The notes: generated from the sequence alone by a model not told the origin. Counted from the stretch's first letter, positions 1 to 11,399 are shown. The stretch: DNA of 45,949 nt from Macrostomum lignano (GCA_002269645.1 NIVC01003653.1:1-45949); one strand, 5' to 3'. Numbers and translations are program-made.

Positions 1-618
1 GGCTGCTGCTGCTGCTGCTGCTGTTGCGGCTGCTGCAGCTGCAGCTGTTGCTGCAGGTGCTGCTGCAGGTGTTCCTGTATAATCCTGCTGCTGCTGCTGC
101 GGTTGCGGCTCTGATGCTGTGCTGCTGCGCTGCTGCTGCTGCTGCTGCTGTTGCGGCTGCTGCTGCCGTGCTGGCTGCTGCTGTGCTGGGCGCTGGCTGC
201 TGTGTGCGGCTGCTGCTCTGCTGCTGGTTGCGGCTGCTGCTGCTGCTGCTGTTGCGGCTGCTGCCACAGCAGATGGCCTGCAGGTGCTGCTGGCAACTGC
301 TCCTGGTAGTATTGTTGCTGGTGCTGCTGCGGCTGCTGCTGCTGTTGCGGCTGCGCTGCTGTTGCGCGCTGCTGCGGCGCTGCCACAGCAGATGGTCCTG
401 CAGGTTCTGCTGCTGCTGCTGAAACATAGAGCTGCTGCGTCCTGCTGCTGTTGCCACAGCTGCTGGGCCTGCTGTAGCCACCGCTGCTGCTGCTGCTGCG
501 AGTCTGGCCGCCGCCGCTGCTGCTGCTGCTTCTGCTGCTGCTGTGCCACCGTTGCTGCGCTGCTGCTTCTGCTCCTGCTGTGGCCGCCGCTGCTGCTGCT
601 GCTGCTGCTGTGGCCGCC

Positions 619-649
<31 letters not shown>

Positions 650-700
650 TGGCCGCCGCTGCTTCAATTGGTAATGCAGCGTCTGCAGCTCTGGTGCTCT
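1..700. repeat. Imperfect (CTG/CAG)n low-complexity tract
   Basis: GCT/CTG triplets dominate; internal duplicated motif GCTGCCACAGCAGATGG(T)CCTGCAGGT near 260 and 380. Confidence 0.9.
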
Positions 701-1034
701 GGTCCTCTTTTTCTGCTGCGCTGGCGCACGACGCGGGCAAAGTCACGCCTTCTGACGCAAACTTTTGTGCGGCATTAGCGGGGTTTGCCCTCGCTCTATA
801 GCCTCCGCCACAAGCCTAGCCTCGAGCATCAGCCGCCGCTGCCTCCCGGCTTCTTGTGCGGCTGCTGCTGCTCGCTGGCTGCGTCGTCATTTGAGACGCC
901 GGACGCCTCAACGACGATTCATCCGTGGGCAGCGCAATCACTTCGTTGTTACTGCTGGCTGCCTCAACAGACAGTACGTCTGTGGGCAGCTCAGCCATTA
1001 GGGATGGGTTCGCAATTTCGTCCATATATGGCAT
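1..1034 (-). pseudogene. Degenerate Ala/Gln-rich low-complexity coding-like sequence; acidic N-terminus (MMPYMDEIANPS...) followed by a CAG/GCA-rich tract running off the window
   Basis: Minus-strand ORF 1034-816; the frame continues after TAG as ACGGGYRA...AAAATAA with apparent frameshifts. Lies downstream of a TATA in the left arm of the 1289-1617 inverted repeat. Confidence 0.3.
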
Positions 1035-1288
1035 CAATTAATGAAAGCAAATAAGCAATGATAAGCAATGAAGCAAATTTTAAATAAAAAAGCAAATAAG
1101 AGCAAGTATATACACAAGTAAGAAATACAAATCAAAGCAAATAAGCAAATTGCAAATAAAAAACAAGCAAATAAATGCAAATATATACACACAGTAAGAA
1201 ATATGCAAGAGCAAAAACAAGAAATCAAACTTACGAAAACCTTTGAATTGACACGGAATGAACACTAGATAATTAGCAAACAGATAAA

Positions 1289-1617
1289 GAAAAATATGAA
1301 AAACAGAAGCCGCACCCCTTGCCGTATTTATAGCAGTTGCCAAGAGGGGTTAGGAGCCTGATGGGTTTGGGAGCCTGAGGGGTCTCACTGAGTGGCCAGG
1401 ATAGGCTCCCTCTGACCAGCCAATCCTGGCCCATAGAGGGGTCTCCGAGCCAAAGGGTAGGCAGGATAGGCTGGTCAGAGGGGAGCCTATCCTGGCCCAT
1501 AGAGGGGTCTCGGAGCCAAGGGGTTGAGGGGCTCCCAAACCCATCAGGCTCCTAACCCCTCCTGGCAACTACTATAAATACTGCGAGGGGTATGGCTTCT
1601 GTTTTTCATACTTTTCT
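1289..1617. promoter_or_regulatory. Inverted repeat (~87-bp arms) with an outward-facing CTATAAATA TATA box in each arm
   Basis: 1289-1375 is the reverse complement of 1530-1617 with about 7 mismatches; TATA at 1325-1333 (-) and 1572-1580 (+); the core has a second inverted repeat and a ~33-bp direct repeat. Confidence 0.6.
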
Positions 1618-1803
1618 AAGTTCATCTTCTTCAGTCTCTAAGTGTGTTATGATTTGATTATTATCAATTATTTGATTTCTTGTTCTTGTTCTTGTACTTT
1701 GTGTATTAGCTGATTTGCTTGTTTTTTGACTTTTGCCTATTAAAGTTTTTTATTTAGTTTTTGTTTGATTATTGTTTGCTTATTATATTTCACCTAATGC
1801 ATT

Positions 1804-2123
1804 ATGGACGATCAAGCCTTTGATCAGTTAATTGCTTTTTTGATTGATGAGGACATTGGCGTTCCGCGGAGGTGGCTACGATCGGCCCAAGCGCTGAGGA
1901 GCCCATTTTCTTTAACATCATTGAGGCGCCTGATGTACCCTACATGAATTCACCCACAGTCGATCTGTCGGCTGATGAGATACTCATGCCTGGGCTGCCC
2001 ATGTCTTATGTGCCTGCTTGTATGTGCGCAATCGATTATCTCCAGAATGGCTTAACTGATTTTCATGAGACTTGCACTGCTCGATCAGAAATTTTATTGG
2101 GACGGTACATGCATCTTGGCTAA
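1804..2123 (+). pseudogene. Putative frameshifted acidic ORF (MDDQAFDQLIAFLIDEDIG... / ...IGPSAEEPIFFNIIEAPDVP...)
   Basis: ATG at 1804 downstream of the right-arm TATA; GC-richer than flanks; no recognisable domain. Confidence 0.2.
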
Positions 2124-2610
2124 GAAATTTCTCGATGCTAAAGGCATTAAATATTCGAAAAACATGCTTTTTTGCAAAGGTCAAGCAAACTTTTCGACTT
2201 GAAATGCATTGTAAGAATGCTAGAGAAAAAACTGACTGGTTGAATTCTGATTCTGAAATAGATTGCATCATAACTGAATTGTAACTCCAACTTGAATTGC
2301 GTCACAGTATTGAAAATGCAGTGTGGAAGCGTAGCACCAGACTTGATTTAGATTGCGTAACCATATTGTTAACTGATACTGACTGACTGAGAAATTGATT
2401 ATGTCATAACTGCCTCGTGTGATTTACTCTATGCTTGGATTTTAAAGTGTTGATTTATATAAGTGCTAAAATTATGTTACCAAAACGATGAAAGCTAGCC
2501 TAGAGGTGAACAGACTGAACTGCTAAATGCAGGGATAGTTCGAATTTTCATAGAGTGGAATTTTTTAATTACAGCTTTTTAACGTCAGGAAAACTAAGAC
2601 TTTTTAAAAA

Positions 2611-3007
2611 GAAGCCTCATGAAAAAATCATAGAAGCGTCATGTAAAAATCATAAAGGCGTCATGTAAAAAATTATAGAAGTGTAGAGTAAAAATCATAG
2701 AAGCGTCATGAAAAATCATAGAAGCGTCATGTAAACAATCATAGAAGCGTAATATAAACAATCATAGAAGTGTAAGGTAAAAATTATAGAAACGTCATGT
2801 AAAAATCATTGAAGCGTAATGTAAAAATCATAGAAGCATCATGTAAAAATCATAGAAACGTCATGTAAAGAATCATAGAAGCGTCATGTAAAAATCATAG
2901 AAACGTCATGTAAAAATGATAGAAGCGTCATGTAAAAATCAGAAGTGTAAAGTAAAAATCATAGAAGCGTCATGTAAAAATCATGGAAGCGTCATGTAAA
3001 AATCATG
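2611..3007. repeat. 22-bp tandem array (AAAAATCATAGAAGCGTCATGT), about 17 copies
   Basis: Directly visible repeat; degenerate copies also near 3180-3220 and 3775-3845. Confidence 0.95.
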
Positions 3008-3326
3008 TTTATGGGGGGCATCGCTGACATTTCAAGGCTTACGGGAGGAATAGCTGAGATGTCAAAGCTCACGGGGGTATAAATGAGATTTCAAGGCTAA
3101 AGTCAGAAGCTACATGTATTTTATTTCAAACTTTTTATTACATTATTTGTTGGCTCCTCAGGGGAGAGATCGCTGATAGAAAAAGCGTAATGTAAAAAAT
3201 AAAAGAAGCTTCATGTCGCAGTTAAGAGATTCATTTGGGAATCCCTACGATGTCGAGGCTTGCAGGGAATCGCTATAATGCTGTAGTAGTGCTATAATAA
3301 CTCAGAATTACTGAAATTTCAATGCT

Positions 3327-3901
3327 TTAGGGTTAGGTTAGGGTTAGGGTTAGGCTAGGGTTAGGGTTAGGGTAAGGTGAGGGTTAGAAGGTTGACAGAT
3401 TTTTTTTAGATTTCAAGGCTTATTGGGGCATTGCTGAGATGTCAAGGGGACGTTGATATCTTAAAGCTTGTGGGGGGGGGAATTACTGACATTTTAAGGC
3501 TTACAAGGGACTTCTGATATATATTGCAAAGAGATTCTACATGTACTTTATTACAAAACTTGTACTGCATTTTTGTCTCCCCGTTGCTAAGATACTAAGC
3601 TAAAAAATACTACTAGCGCTTCACAAACTTATCCAGATGTCAGGCTGTAGGGTTAGTGTTCGGGTTGGTATTAGGGTTTAGGTTTAGGGTTAGGTTCAGG
3701 GTTATTGCGTTAAGATTCGTGTTAGGGTTAGGGTTAGGGTAGCTTATAGCTTAGCTCATGTAGCTTATTAAAAATGTTTATCATGGAAGCATCATGCAAA
3801 AATAATGGAAGCGTCATGTAAAAATTATAGAAGCATCATGCAAGAACCCATGGACAAAATATTGAATTTAGGGTTTTGGTTAGGGTTAGGGTTAGTGTTA
3901 G
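3327..3901 (+). repeat. Three degenerate interstitial (TTAGGG)n tracts (about 3327-3387, 3648-3742, 3868-3901)
   Basis: TTAGGG and variants TTAGG, CTAGGG and TTTAGG, recurring with a roughly 300-400 bp module. Confidence 0.85.
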
Positions 3902-4004
3902 AAGTTTGACAGGAGATTTTTTAAGATTTCAAGGCTACATGTAGCTTATTAAAAAACGTGTATTGCATTTCTTTGGCTCCCCAACGGGGGGCGTAGATTG
4001 CTAG

Positions 4005-4044
4005 TCCATATACTAAAAATGAAATCCATATACTAAAAATGAAA
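4005..4044 (+). mobile_element. Tandemly duplicated Helitron 5'-terminus-like motif TCCATATACTAAAAATGAAA x2
   Basis: Starts immediately after CTAG (4004); second copy has A|TC context at 4025; the same 14-mer recurs at 5178 (A|TC). Confidence 0.55.
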
Positions 4045-4047
4045 ATC

Positions 4048-5177
4048 TTGTATGTTTGTACGAAATCGATTTTCTCCTGAATGGCCTGCCCAATTTTCTT
4101 CGAACTTGCACTGTTCGATCAGAAATTTTCCCGTGACGGTACATGTGTCTTCGCTAAAAAATTGCTCAATGCTAAAGGGATTAAATATTCGAAAAACATG
4201 CTTTTTTGCAAAGGTCAAGCAAACTTTTCGACTTGAAATGCATTGTAAGAATGCTAGAGAAAAAACTGACTGGTTGAATTCTGATTCTGAAATAGATTGC
4301 ATCATAACTGAATTGTAACTCCGACTTGAATTGCGTCACAGTATTGAAAATGCAGTGTGGAAGCGTAGCACAAGACTTGATTTAGATTGTGTAACCATAT
4401 TGTTAACTGATACTGACTGACTGAGAAATTGATTATGTCATAACTGCCTCGTGTGATTTGTATGCTACTACTTAAATGAAACTTTTTAAATTCATCATTA
4501 ATTAAAAACAATGAGAGCTAGCCTAGAGGTGAACAGACAGGTGAACAGGTGACCAGTTTGAATTTTATGAGAGTAGAGTTTTTTATTAATTAAAGCTTTT
4601 TTCATTGTAAAATTGTATCAGCTTGCGCGCAGCGAGAGACTTTGCCGTTAATTTTTGTGATTGTGATTTTAGAGCTGTGTGCACCCCGTTGGCAGCTAGA
4701 TAATTACTCGTACTGCCAATATTATTGCACAGACCTGAGACTAATTAAATGTTGAAATTTGGGCTTGACTGTGCCGACCTTGGCTCCTACCCCAAACCCT
4801 TACCCCCTCAAACTTGAGGCAGGCCAGTGTACATTTCTAGCCCTCTGCTTCCGAATGTACACACATGGGGGTCGTACTATAAAGCTGTCGTAGCGTAAGT
4901 TCGATCGTACGTCGGAACTTTTGCACTGCGAAGATAGGAGCTAAGATCGATCTTATCTTACGATGGCTTTATAGAACTGGCCCATGGACTGGAGAGCCCA
5001 CACCGACTCTGTTGTATCTGTCTTATCGGTTTTTTAGTTTTTACAACAATAGCCTAGCCCTAGGACCTGATAAATAACTTGTTATTAAGTTTGGTTAGGC
5101 ACTTACAAGCTCTGATTCTTCAGACATTCAACTCAATCTGTTAAAAACTCTCTTATCATTTCAAGCATTTAATTTTA
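4048..5177 (+). repeat. Dispersed Helitron-internal block; other copies at 2017-2580 (+), 19541-20154 plus 24511-24530 (+), about 24650-24785 (+) and about 37404-37570 (-)
   Basis: Long near-identical stretches, e.g. GAGAAATTGATTATGTCATAA and GAAAAAACTGACTGGTTGAATT, visible across copies. Confidence 0.85.
4868..4983. mobile_element. 116-bp MITE with imperfect ~32-bp TIRs and 3-bp TSD (ATG); PIF/Harbinger-like
   Basis: TIRs GGGGTCGTACTATAAAGC.. and ..GCTTTATAGAACTGGCCC; ATG at 4865-4867 and 4984-4986; the paralogous block has the empty site CATGGACTGG at 19984-19993. Confidence 0.8.
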
Positions 5178-5561
5178 TCCATATACTAAAATTCTATTCT
5201 ATAACTACTATTACTATTACTATTTTAGTATTCTATACTATTACTATTGTAATATGGTTCGACGCGGTGCCAGCAGTTTAAAGAAGAGTCGCGATGCCAA
5301 GCGACGGCGACAGGCTGAATAGGAGGCTGATCGCGAGGCCCGACTGGAAGAAGAACGGCAGCGGGTTTCTAGGAAACATTTAGAAACATTTCTAGGAATC
5401 TGTATTTTGCATAGGAGTGTGTTTCTAAGAATCTGTATTTCTATGAATCTGCATTGCAAGAAACGTTTCTAAGAATCTGTATTTGTAAGAATGTGTTTGT
5501 CGGAGTTTTTATATGTGATAATAAGCTTTTCAGAGTCTAAAGTATAACTTCAATCTTTCAG

Positions 5562-8500
5562 GTTTGGTAGTGGTGAGTTGGCCACACCACCATTCGATAC
5601 GCTAAGTGTTGTTCGGATCCCGGGTGATGGGAATTGTTTTTTTCATGCAGTATGTGACCAGTTTCAGGGCACTCCGCTTGAAACCAATGCAGCGTCTTTA
5701 AGGCATGAGCTGACGTGTCGTGCAGTGCAGGTAATGCCAGAATTGATTGACGAAGGCTTTGTTTTACCGGAAAATGCTGATTCTATTATTAATGAGTCTT
5801 TTTCTGAAGGCACCTACGTTCCTGATGAAGTTGTGCCACTTTTAAGCCGGTTTTTTAATGTTGACCTCGTTATTTATCAGGCAAATGACAGTGTATTGCA
5901 GTACTGTATGTCTACTGTGCAGCCACCCACTGCAATTGTACGCATCATTTTACGTCATGAGCACTATGAGTCGTTGCGCGTGACTGATCCACTGCCAGTT
6001 TCCGAGCCCGTTGCAGATGCAGAGGCGCCGAGTTTCACGGAGCAGAGGGCAGATCTTTCCGATTCAGGTCATTTTGGTGCAGGTCATTCTGATGTAGGAT
6101 CTGCTCTAAATAGGTAGGCTTATTTGTGCTGCTGGTCAGTGTAATTTTTTATATTTTAGTTTTTATATTTACACTTTACATTTCATAAATTTTGGCAGTC
6201 TATATTATAGTAACCATTTGTGCATGCATATACGAGTAACTCGATCACAGGCCTGACAGAATACAAAGGCCAGAGGCCCCGGCCCATGACTGCAGCCCAA
6301 TGAACAGGGCATGCCTGGAATGCGGTGCTCTACTCTGGCGCGTGGAGACCAGGAATTTCTGCTGCGCCAAAGGCAAGGTGAAGCTGCCAGGCCGCACCGT
6401 GCCTCAAGTGCTGGCGGATCTGTACATGGGGCGGCACAGATTGAGTGCCGCATTCCTGGCCAACATCAGGAGCTACAACTCGGCGCTGCACCTGACCTCT
6501 CTGGGTGCGAAACTGCGGTTGGTGCCAGGCTGGTGTCCAAGCTTCATCATCAGCGGCCAGATGCATCACCGCACGGCGCCGCTGTTTGCAGAGGCTTCGG
6601 CTGAAGCTCAGGGATAGCAGGTGTATTTCAACGATCGCGAACTCGAAAGCCGCCTGAGTCTCAGCCAGAAGGTGAAGCCGGAGCTACTGGAGCTGCTGCA
6701 GACGCTGCTTCACGAATGCAACGTCTATGTCCGCAGCCTGAAGGCTGCCGCTGAGCGAATTAGCCAAGACCCGGAGCTGGGAGATGCGCGAATTGTGATT
6801 CACCCTGACCGTTGACCATCTGGGGAACACATTCGGTAAGTTAGTTTGTTTATTATAACGAAACTTAAAAATGTAAACGAAAGCGAAAATAAAATGAAAT
6901 TATGATTTTGATTGTAACTCGGACTCGAAAAAATGCTTAATAAGTCATTCAATTTGATTCAATTTGTATCCCACAAACTCTGTTCAAAATCAGGCGCTAC
7001 AACTTGCCTACGGCAAATGAGGTCGGTATCCTGATCGTTGAGGATAATGAGGACGCACCGGCCAGTCGGGATGTCGTGATTCAGCTGCGTGGGGGCGGTT
7101 CCCAGCGAATCACCGAGACGCACCGCTCATATGACCCGCTGGAGTATGTGCTGCTGTTCCCGAATGGCGAGGACGGATGGCACCCAGAGTTGCGGATAAG
7201 TAATGGCAAGAAATTGACGCCCATGAAATACTATGCGAGCGAAATCATGGTGCGAGCGGGCCAGTTCAGTGTGCTGCACTATGGCCGAAGATTATTTCAG
7301 CAGTACCTGGTGGACATGTGTGCTAAGATTGAGGCAGAGAGGCTGCTGTATTTGCGGACCCATCAACAGGACCTGCGCAGCGAGACGTATAGCGGTCTGC
7401 GGGACGCTTTGTTTGCAGCTGATGGCAGGTCTACTGACAGAGATCCGAGTGACATAGGCAAGCCCGCACATGTGCTTCTGTCCTCAAGCTTTGTTGGCGG
7501 GCCAAGGTACCTGATGGAGAGACTGCAGGACGCTATGACATATGTTCACAAGTTCGGTAAGCCGGACCTGTTTGTCACGGCAACATGCAATCCGAGTTGG
7601 CCGGAGATCAGCGCCCAGCTGCTGCCTGGACAGCGGGCTGAAGACCGGCCGGACATTGTTAGCCGAGTCTTTGAAATAAAGAAGAAAGCTCTGCTGGCCC
7701 AGCTAACGAAGCGCTATGGGAAAGAGGCCGCGCACGTCTGCTCGCTAGAGTATCAAAAGCGTGGTGAGTGCAAGTCTGAGTATCAAGTTTTGTAATATTT
7801 ATATATCGTTACAAAAATACTAAATATAGGCAGGGTTTGTGTGATGCAAATTCGATACAAGTTGGATTATTAGATTGCAAGATGTCTTGATACTTTTCTT
7901 GATACTCCAGGTCTCCCCTATGTGCACTTTCTGCTGTGGCTCGCGAGCGGCCAGCGGGTGACTCCGGACCGATACGATGACATCGTGTCTGCTGAGATTC
8001 CGGACCCACAACAGCAGCCTGTGCTGTATGAGCTGGTGAAGACGCACATGATCCATGGCCCCTGCGGCAAGGACAATGCAGCGTGCCCGTGCATGGAGAA
8101 TGGCGAATGCAGCAAGGGCTTTCCGAAGGAGTTCCAGCAGGTGACGCTGACCAGCGATAGTAGCTACCCTTTGTATCGCAGACGGTCGCCTGAGATGGGC
8201 GGATTTACGGTGGACAAACTGTTTAAAGGCCGGAGCATTGGCATGGACAGCAGGCGAGTTAAAATAATAGTAAATTGCCCGGTGGTATTTTGCTTTTGTA
8301 TTTTTAAAAGTTTATAACAATAATTATTTCATAATAATCTAGGTGGGTTGTTCCATACAGCCCTGACCTGTTGCTTCAGTTTGCGTGCCACATGAACGTT
8401 GAAGTTTGTGCCACTGTGAAGTCGGTCAAATACGTGATCAAGTACTTGCTGAAGGGCGGCGACATGGCGACGTTCAAAGTCGATGCCAATAAGAATTCAA

Positions 8501-10226
8501 CTGATCCGAGAGAGCAGGCTGTGGGTAGCCAACAGCCGGCACAAATGGCAGCGGCAAACGACGGAGAGAGGCCGCGTGATGAAATCAAGGCGTATCTGTC
8601 TGCGCGCTACATTGGCCCAATGGAAGCCGTGAATACTATTTTGGGCTTTGATGTAATTTTAAATTTTAAATATTGCAAAGCTGTGATTTAAGTAGTCAGC
8701 AACAACTTGAAAGCTATTTATTTCTCCCACCTTCTGATCAGGTGCACGACAGATTTCCGGCGGTCATCCGGCTCTGCGTTCACAAGTCGGAGGAGCAGCT
8801 CGTGTATTTCAACGAGCAGACCGCAAGTGCTAGAGCCAGGACGCCGAGGGACTCTACGCTGACGGCATTTTTCAAGCTGTGTCGTACTGACGAGTTTGCT
8901 CGGTCCTTGCTGTACACGGAAGTGCCGTCCTACTTCGTTTGGCATGCCAGTGAAAGAGTGTGGCGGCGAGCGAAGCGAGGCGCCAAAGTCGATGGCCACC
9001 CGGGTGTAGTGCGGAACACAAACGTTGCACGCATGTACACGGTGAGCCCAAGAACTGGTGATTTATTTTATGTTCGCATGCTCCTTTTGCAGGTTAGGGG
9101 ACCAACCAGCTTTGAGGCGCTGCAGACCGTGGACGGCGTTGTGCACCCGAGCGCCAAGGCTGCTTGCATGGCCCTCGGCCTGCTGCAGCGAGATGACCAC
9201 TGGCGGCGGTGCCTAGCTGAGGCCGTTCAGTCAAGAATGCCAAGAGCCTTGAGACACCTTCTGGCTGTCATTCTCATATGGGGCGACCCTGAGGATGGCA
9301 ATGACCTCTGGTGCAGCTTTGCCGAGGATATGTGCGAGGACCTGCGGTTTCATCACCGAGACTTGAGCACCGAGGAGATAACTGACCTGGCGCTGCGCGA
9401 GCTGCAGAGCATGCTGACCTCCATGGGCGGGAACAGCCCATGGATGGACCGAGATTGACCGAGAGTCAAGATGGACCGATGCAGTTCGATGCGGTCGAGC
9501 AAGCGCAGATTACTGAGGCGCGCTTACCAATGCTGACAGATGAGCAGAAAGCAGTGTACGAATCAGTGACTGAGGATCTTGTGAGCGGCAACGGCGGCTT
9601 GCACTTCCTGGACGCGCCCGCTGGCACTGGCAAGACCTTCCTGCTGGAGGTTTTGCTGGCCTTCGTGCGCAGCCGGGGTGAAGTCGCCCTCGCCGTTGCG
9701 GCTTCTGGAATCGCAGCGACTCTGTTGCCAGGTGGGCAGACTGCGCATTCCACGTGAGTTGCTTACTATCTGACTAAGCCGCATTGTTCCGCTGTACATG
9801 ATTGCGCCGAAACCAACTGTTCATGACAGGTTCAAGATCCCTATCCGGGCAGTCCGCTCTAACAAGGACGTCTGCTCTGTTGGAGCGCAGTCCAAACAAG
9901 CCGCTGTGTTTCGGACAGCGCGTCTAATTGTCTGGGACGAGATTTCCATGACTAACCGGAAAGATTTGGAGGCAGTCGACCGGTGCTTGCGAGACGTGCG
10001 AAAGCAGGACGTGCCATTCGGCGGACTGTTGTTTGTTTCCGCTGGTGACTTTCGCCAGCTCTTGCCAGTTGTTCTGAATGGGACGCGCGCGAATAACGTT
10101 ATGGCGTGTGTCAGTAGATCCTCGCTGTGGAAATTTTTCCGGCGGCATCGTTTGACGAGAAACATCCGATTGCTGAGCAGCTCCGATTCTGCAACGTATG
10201 TGAAGTACACCGAGCTACTCAAGCAG
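5562..10226 (+). pseudogene. Helitron Rep-helicase transposase with N-terminal OTU cysteine protease; spliced, inactivated and 3'-truncated
   Basis: Exons 5562-6113 (OTU: GDGNCFFHAV...HEHYES), 6251-6835 (CxxC..CC Zn motif), 6994-7763 (RYNLPTANEV; FVTATCNPSWPEI; EYQKRG), 7911-8253 (LPYVHFLLW), 8343-8652 (VVPYSP..HMNVEVC..KYVIKYLLKG), 8742-9753 (DAPAGTGKT; GIAATLLPGGQTAHST), 9830-10226 (FKIP; IVWDEISM; GDFRQLLPV). All joins are in phase. Stops at 6615-6617 and 6813-6815; frameshift near 9440. Confidence 0.95.
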
Positions 10227-10321
10227 GTTAGTTTGGTGTCTGTTGACTTTAATATGTAACAAATTTTCTTTTTAAGATATCTTAATCTTAAATAAGATAT
10301 TTATTTAAGAGATCTTAAACA

Positions 10322-10690
10322 AGCAGGCTGCTGCTGTCACTTGTGCTGCTGTCACTTGTGCTGCTGTCACTTGTGCTGCTGTCACTTGTGCTGCTGTCAC
10401 TTGTGCTGCTGTCACTTGTGCTGCTGTCACTTGTGCTGCTGCTGTTGCTTGTGCTGCTGCCGTCACTTGTGCTGTTGCTCGTGCTGCTGCCGTCACTTAT
10501 GCTGTCACTTGTGCTGCTGTCACTTGTGCTGTTGCTTGTGCTGCTGCTGTCACTTGTGCTGCTGTCACTTGTGCTGTTGCTTGTGCTGCTGCTGTTGCTG
10601 CTTCTCCTGCTGCTCCTGCTGCTGTTGCCGCGTCTCCTGTTGCCCCTGCTGCTTCTCCTGCTGCTCCTGCTGCTGTTGCTGGCGGACGTA
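10322..10690. repeat. 15-bp tandem array (GTCACTTGTGCTGCT) grading into a CTG-rich tract
   Basis: Directly visible; an expansion at the 3' end of the poly-Q exon on the minus strand. Confidence 0.95.
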
Positions 10691-11331
10691 ATTACGTAGT
10701 GCATTGCATTTGGCTACTTTGTGGTCGGTGCCTCCGCAGGAGTATCAGGCCACAGCTATGAAAGGAAGTAAGGATGGTTAAATTGTTGATTTTAGAATAA
10801 AAACAGTATGTTTGATTGGTACGCAAGTCCGGAAGTAAAATGAAATTTCGGTTCGTATAAAAGAATAATTTGTTTTGTTTTTGTTTGCTTCTCAGAATAA
10901 AGAAGATGAAAAAAAGCAAATTCAAGGTTTAAATTATAATGTAGTATTGGGCATTAACCGAGAATGTATTAAAATGCACGGACTGAATGATATTAAGAAA
11001 GAAGCCCTGTATAAAAATGAGATTTTGGTTCCTAAGAATGATGGTATAATCTCAATCAATATTAAATCAATGTATTGATTCAATGCATGAAGGTATTGAA
11101 TCAGTGATGGTATAACCTCATAATGATATATATATATTCTTGATTGGTTGGCGATTGATTGGCGATTGATTGGTTTGTTTGCTGCTTAGAGTCAAGAGGA
11201 AGAAAGAAAGCAAGTTCTAGGAGGTTGGTAATTAAATGATAAAGTAGTAACCAACAATGTATGCAATACTTACGTTTTCGGTGATGGGGCGGGCGGCGCT
11301 GGTGAGTCTTTTCTACGATAGTTACTTTCAT
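10565..11331 (-). pseudogene. Zinc-knuckle/poly-Q microgene, copy 1 (two exons)
   Basis: Exon 1 11331-11274 MKVTIVEKTHQRRPPHHRK with GTAAGT donor; exon 2 from 10755 after TTTCATAG: PVA*YSCGGTDHKVAKCNALRNYVRQQQQQEQQEK... The TGA at 10747-10745 occupies the first Cys of CX2CX4HX4C. Confidence 0.7.
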
Positions 11332-11399
11332 TGTACGAGCTATATCCAAATCCAATATACTAAAATAAATACTGATAATATATTTACTATATATATATT

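Larger units (their letters stand above)
2017..4004 (+). mobile_element. Non-autonomous Helitron-like unit (5' end not defined)
   Basis: Ends in hairpin GCTCCCC-AAC-GGGGGGC (3976-3992) + GTAGATTG + CTAG (4001-4004) followed by T; 2017-2440 is homologous to 4048-4460. Confidence 0.65.

Noticed and set aside
24-801. Plus-strand Leu/Cys/Ala-rich ORFs
   Set aside because: By-products of the CTG tract, which lacks stops in several frames.
1972-1990. Hammerhead core CTGATGA here and at a few other sites
   Set aside because: No stem II followed by GAAA or closing helices.
3327-3901. True chromosome end
   Set aside because: Tracts are short, degenerate and flanked by complex sequence on both sides.
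5254-5364. First coding exon of RepHel (MVRRGASSLKKSRDAKRRRQAE*...)
   Set aside because: Plausible but has a stop, and its phase-0 donor does not fit the 5562 acceptor; left out of the model.
10305-10704. Overlapping poly-Cys, poly-Leu, poly-Ser and VTAAQ ORFs
   Set aside because: Translations of the 15-bp array; the only supported frame is the spliced poly-Q exon.
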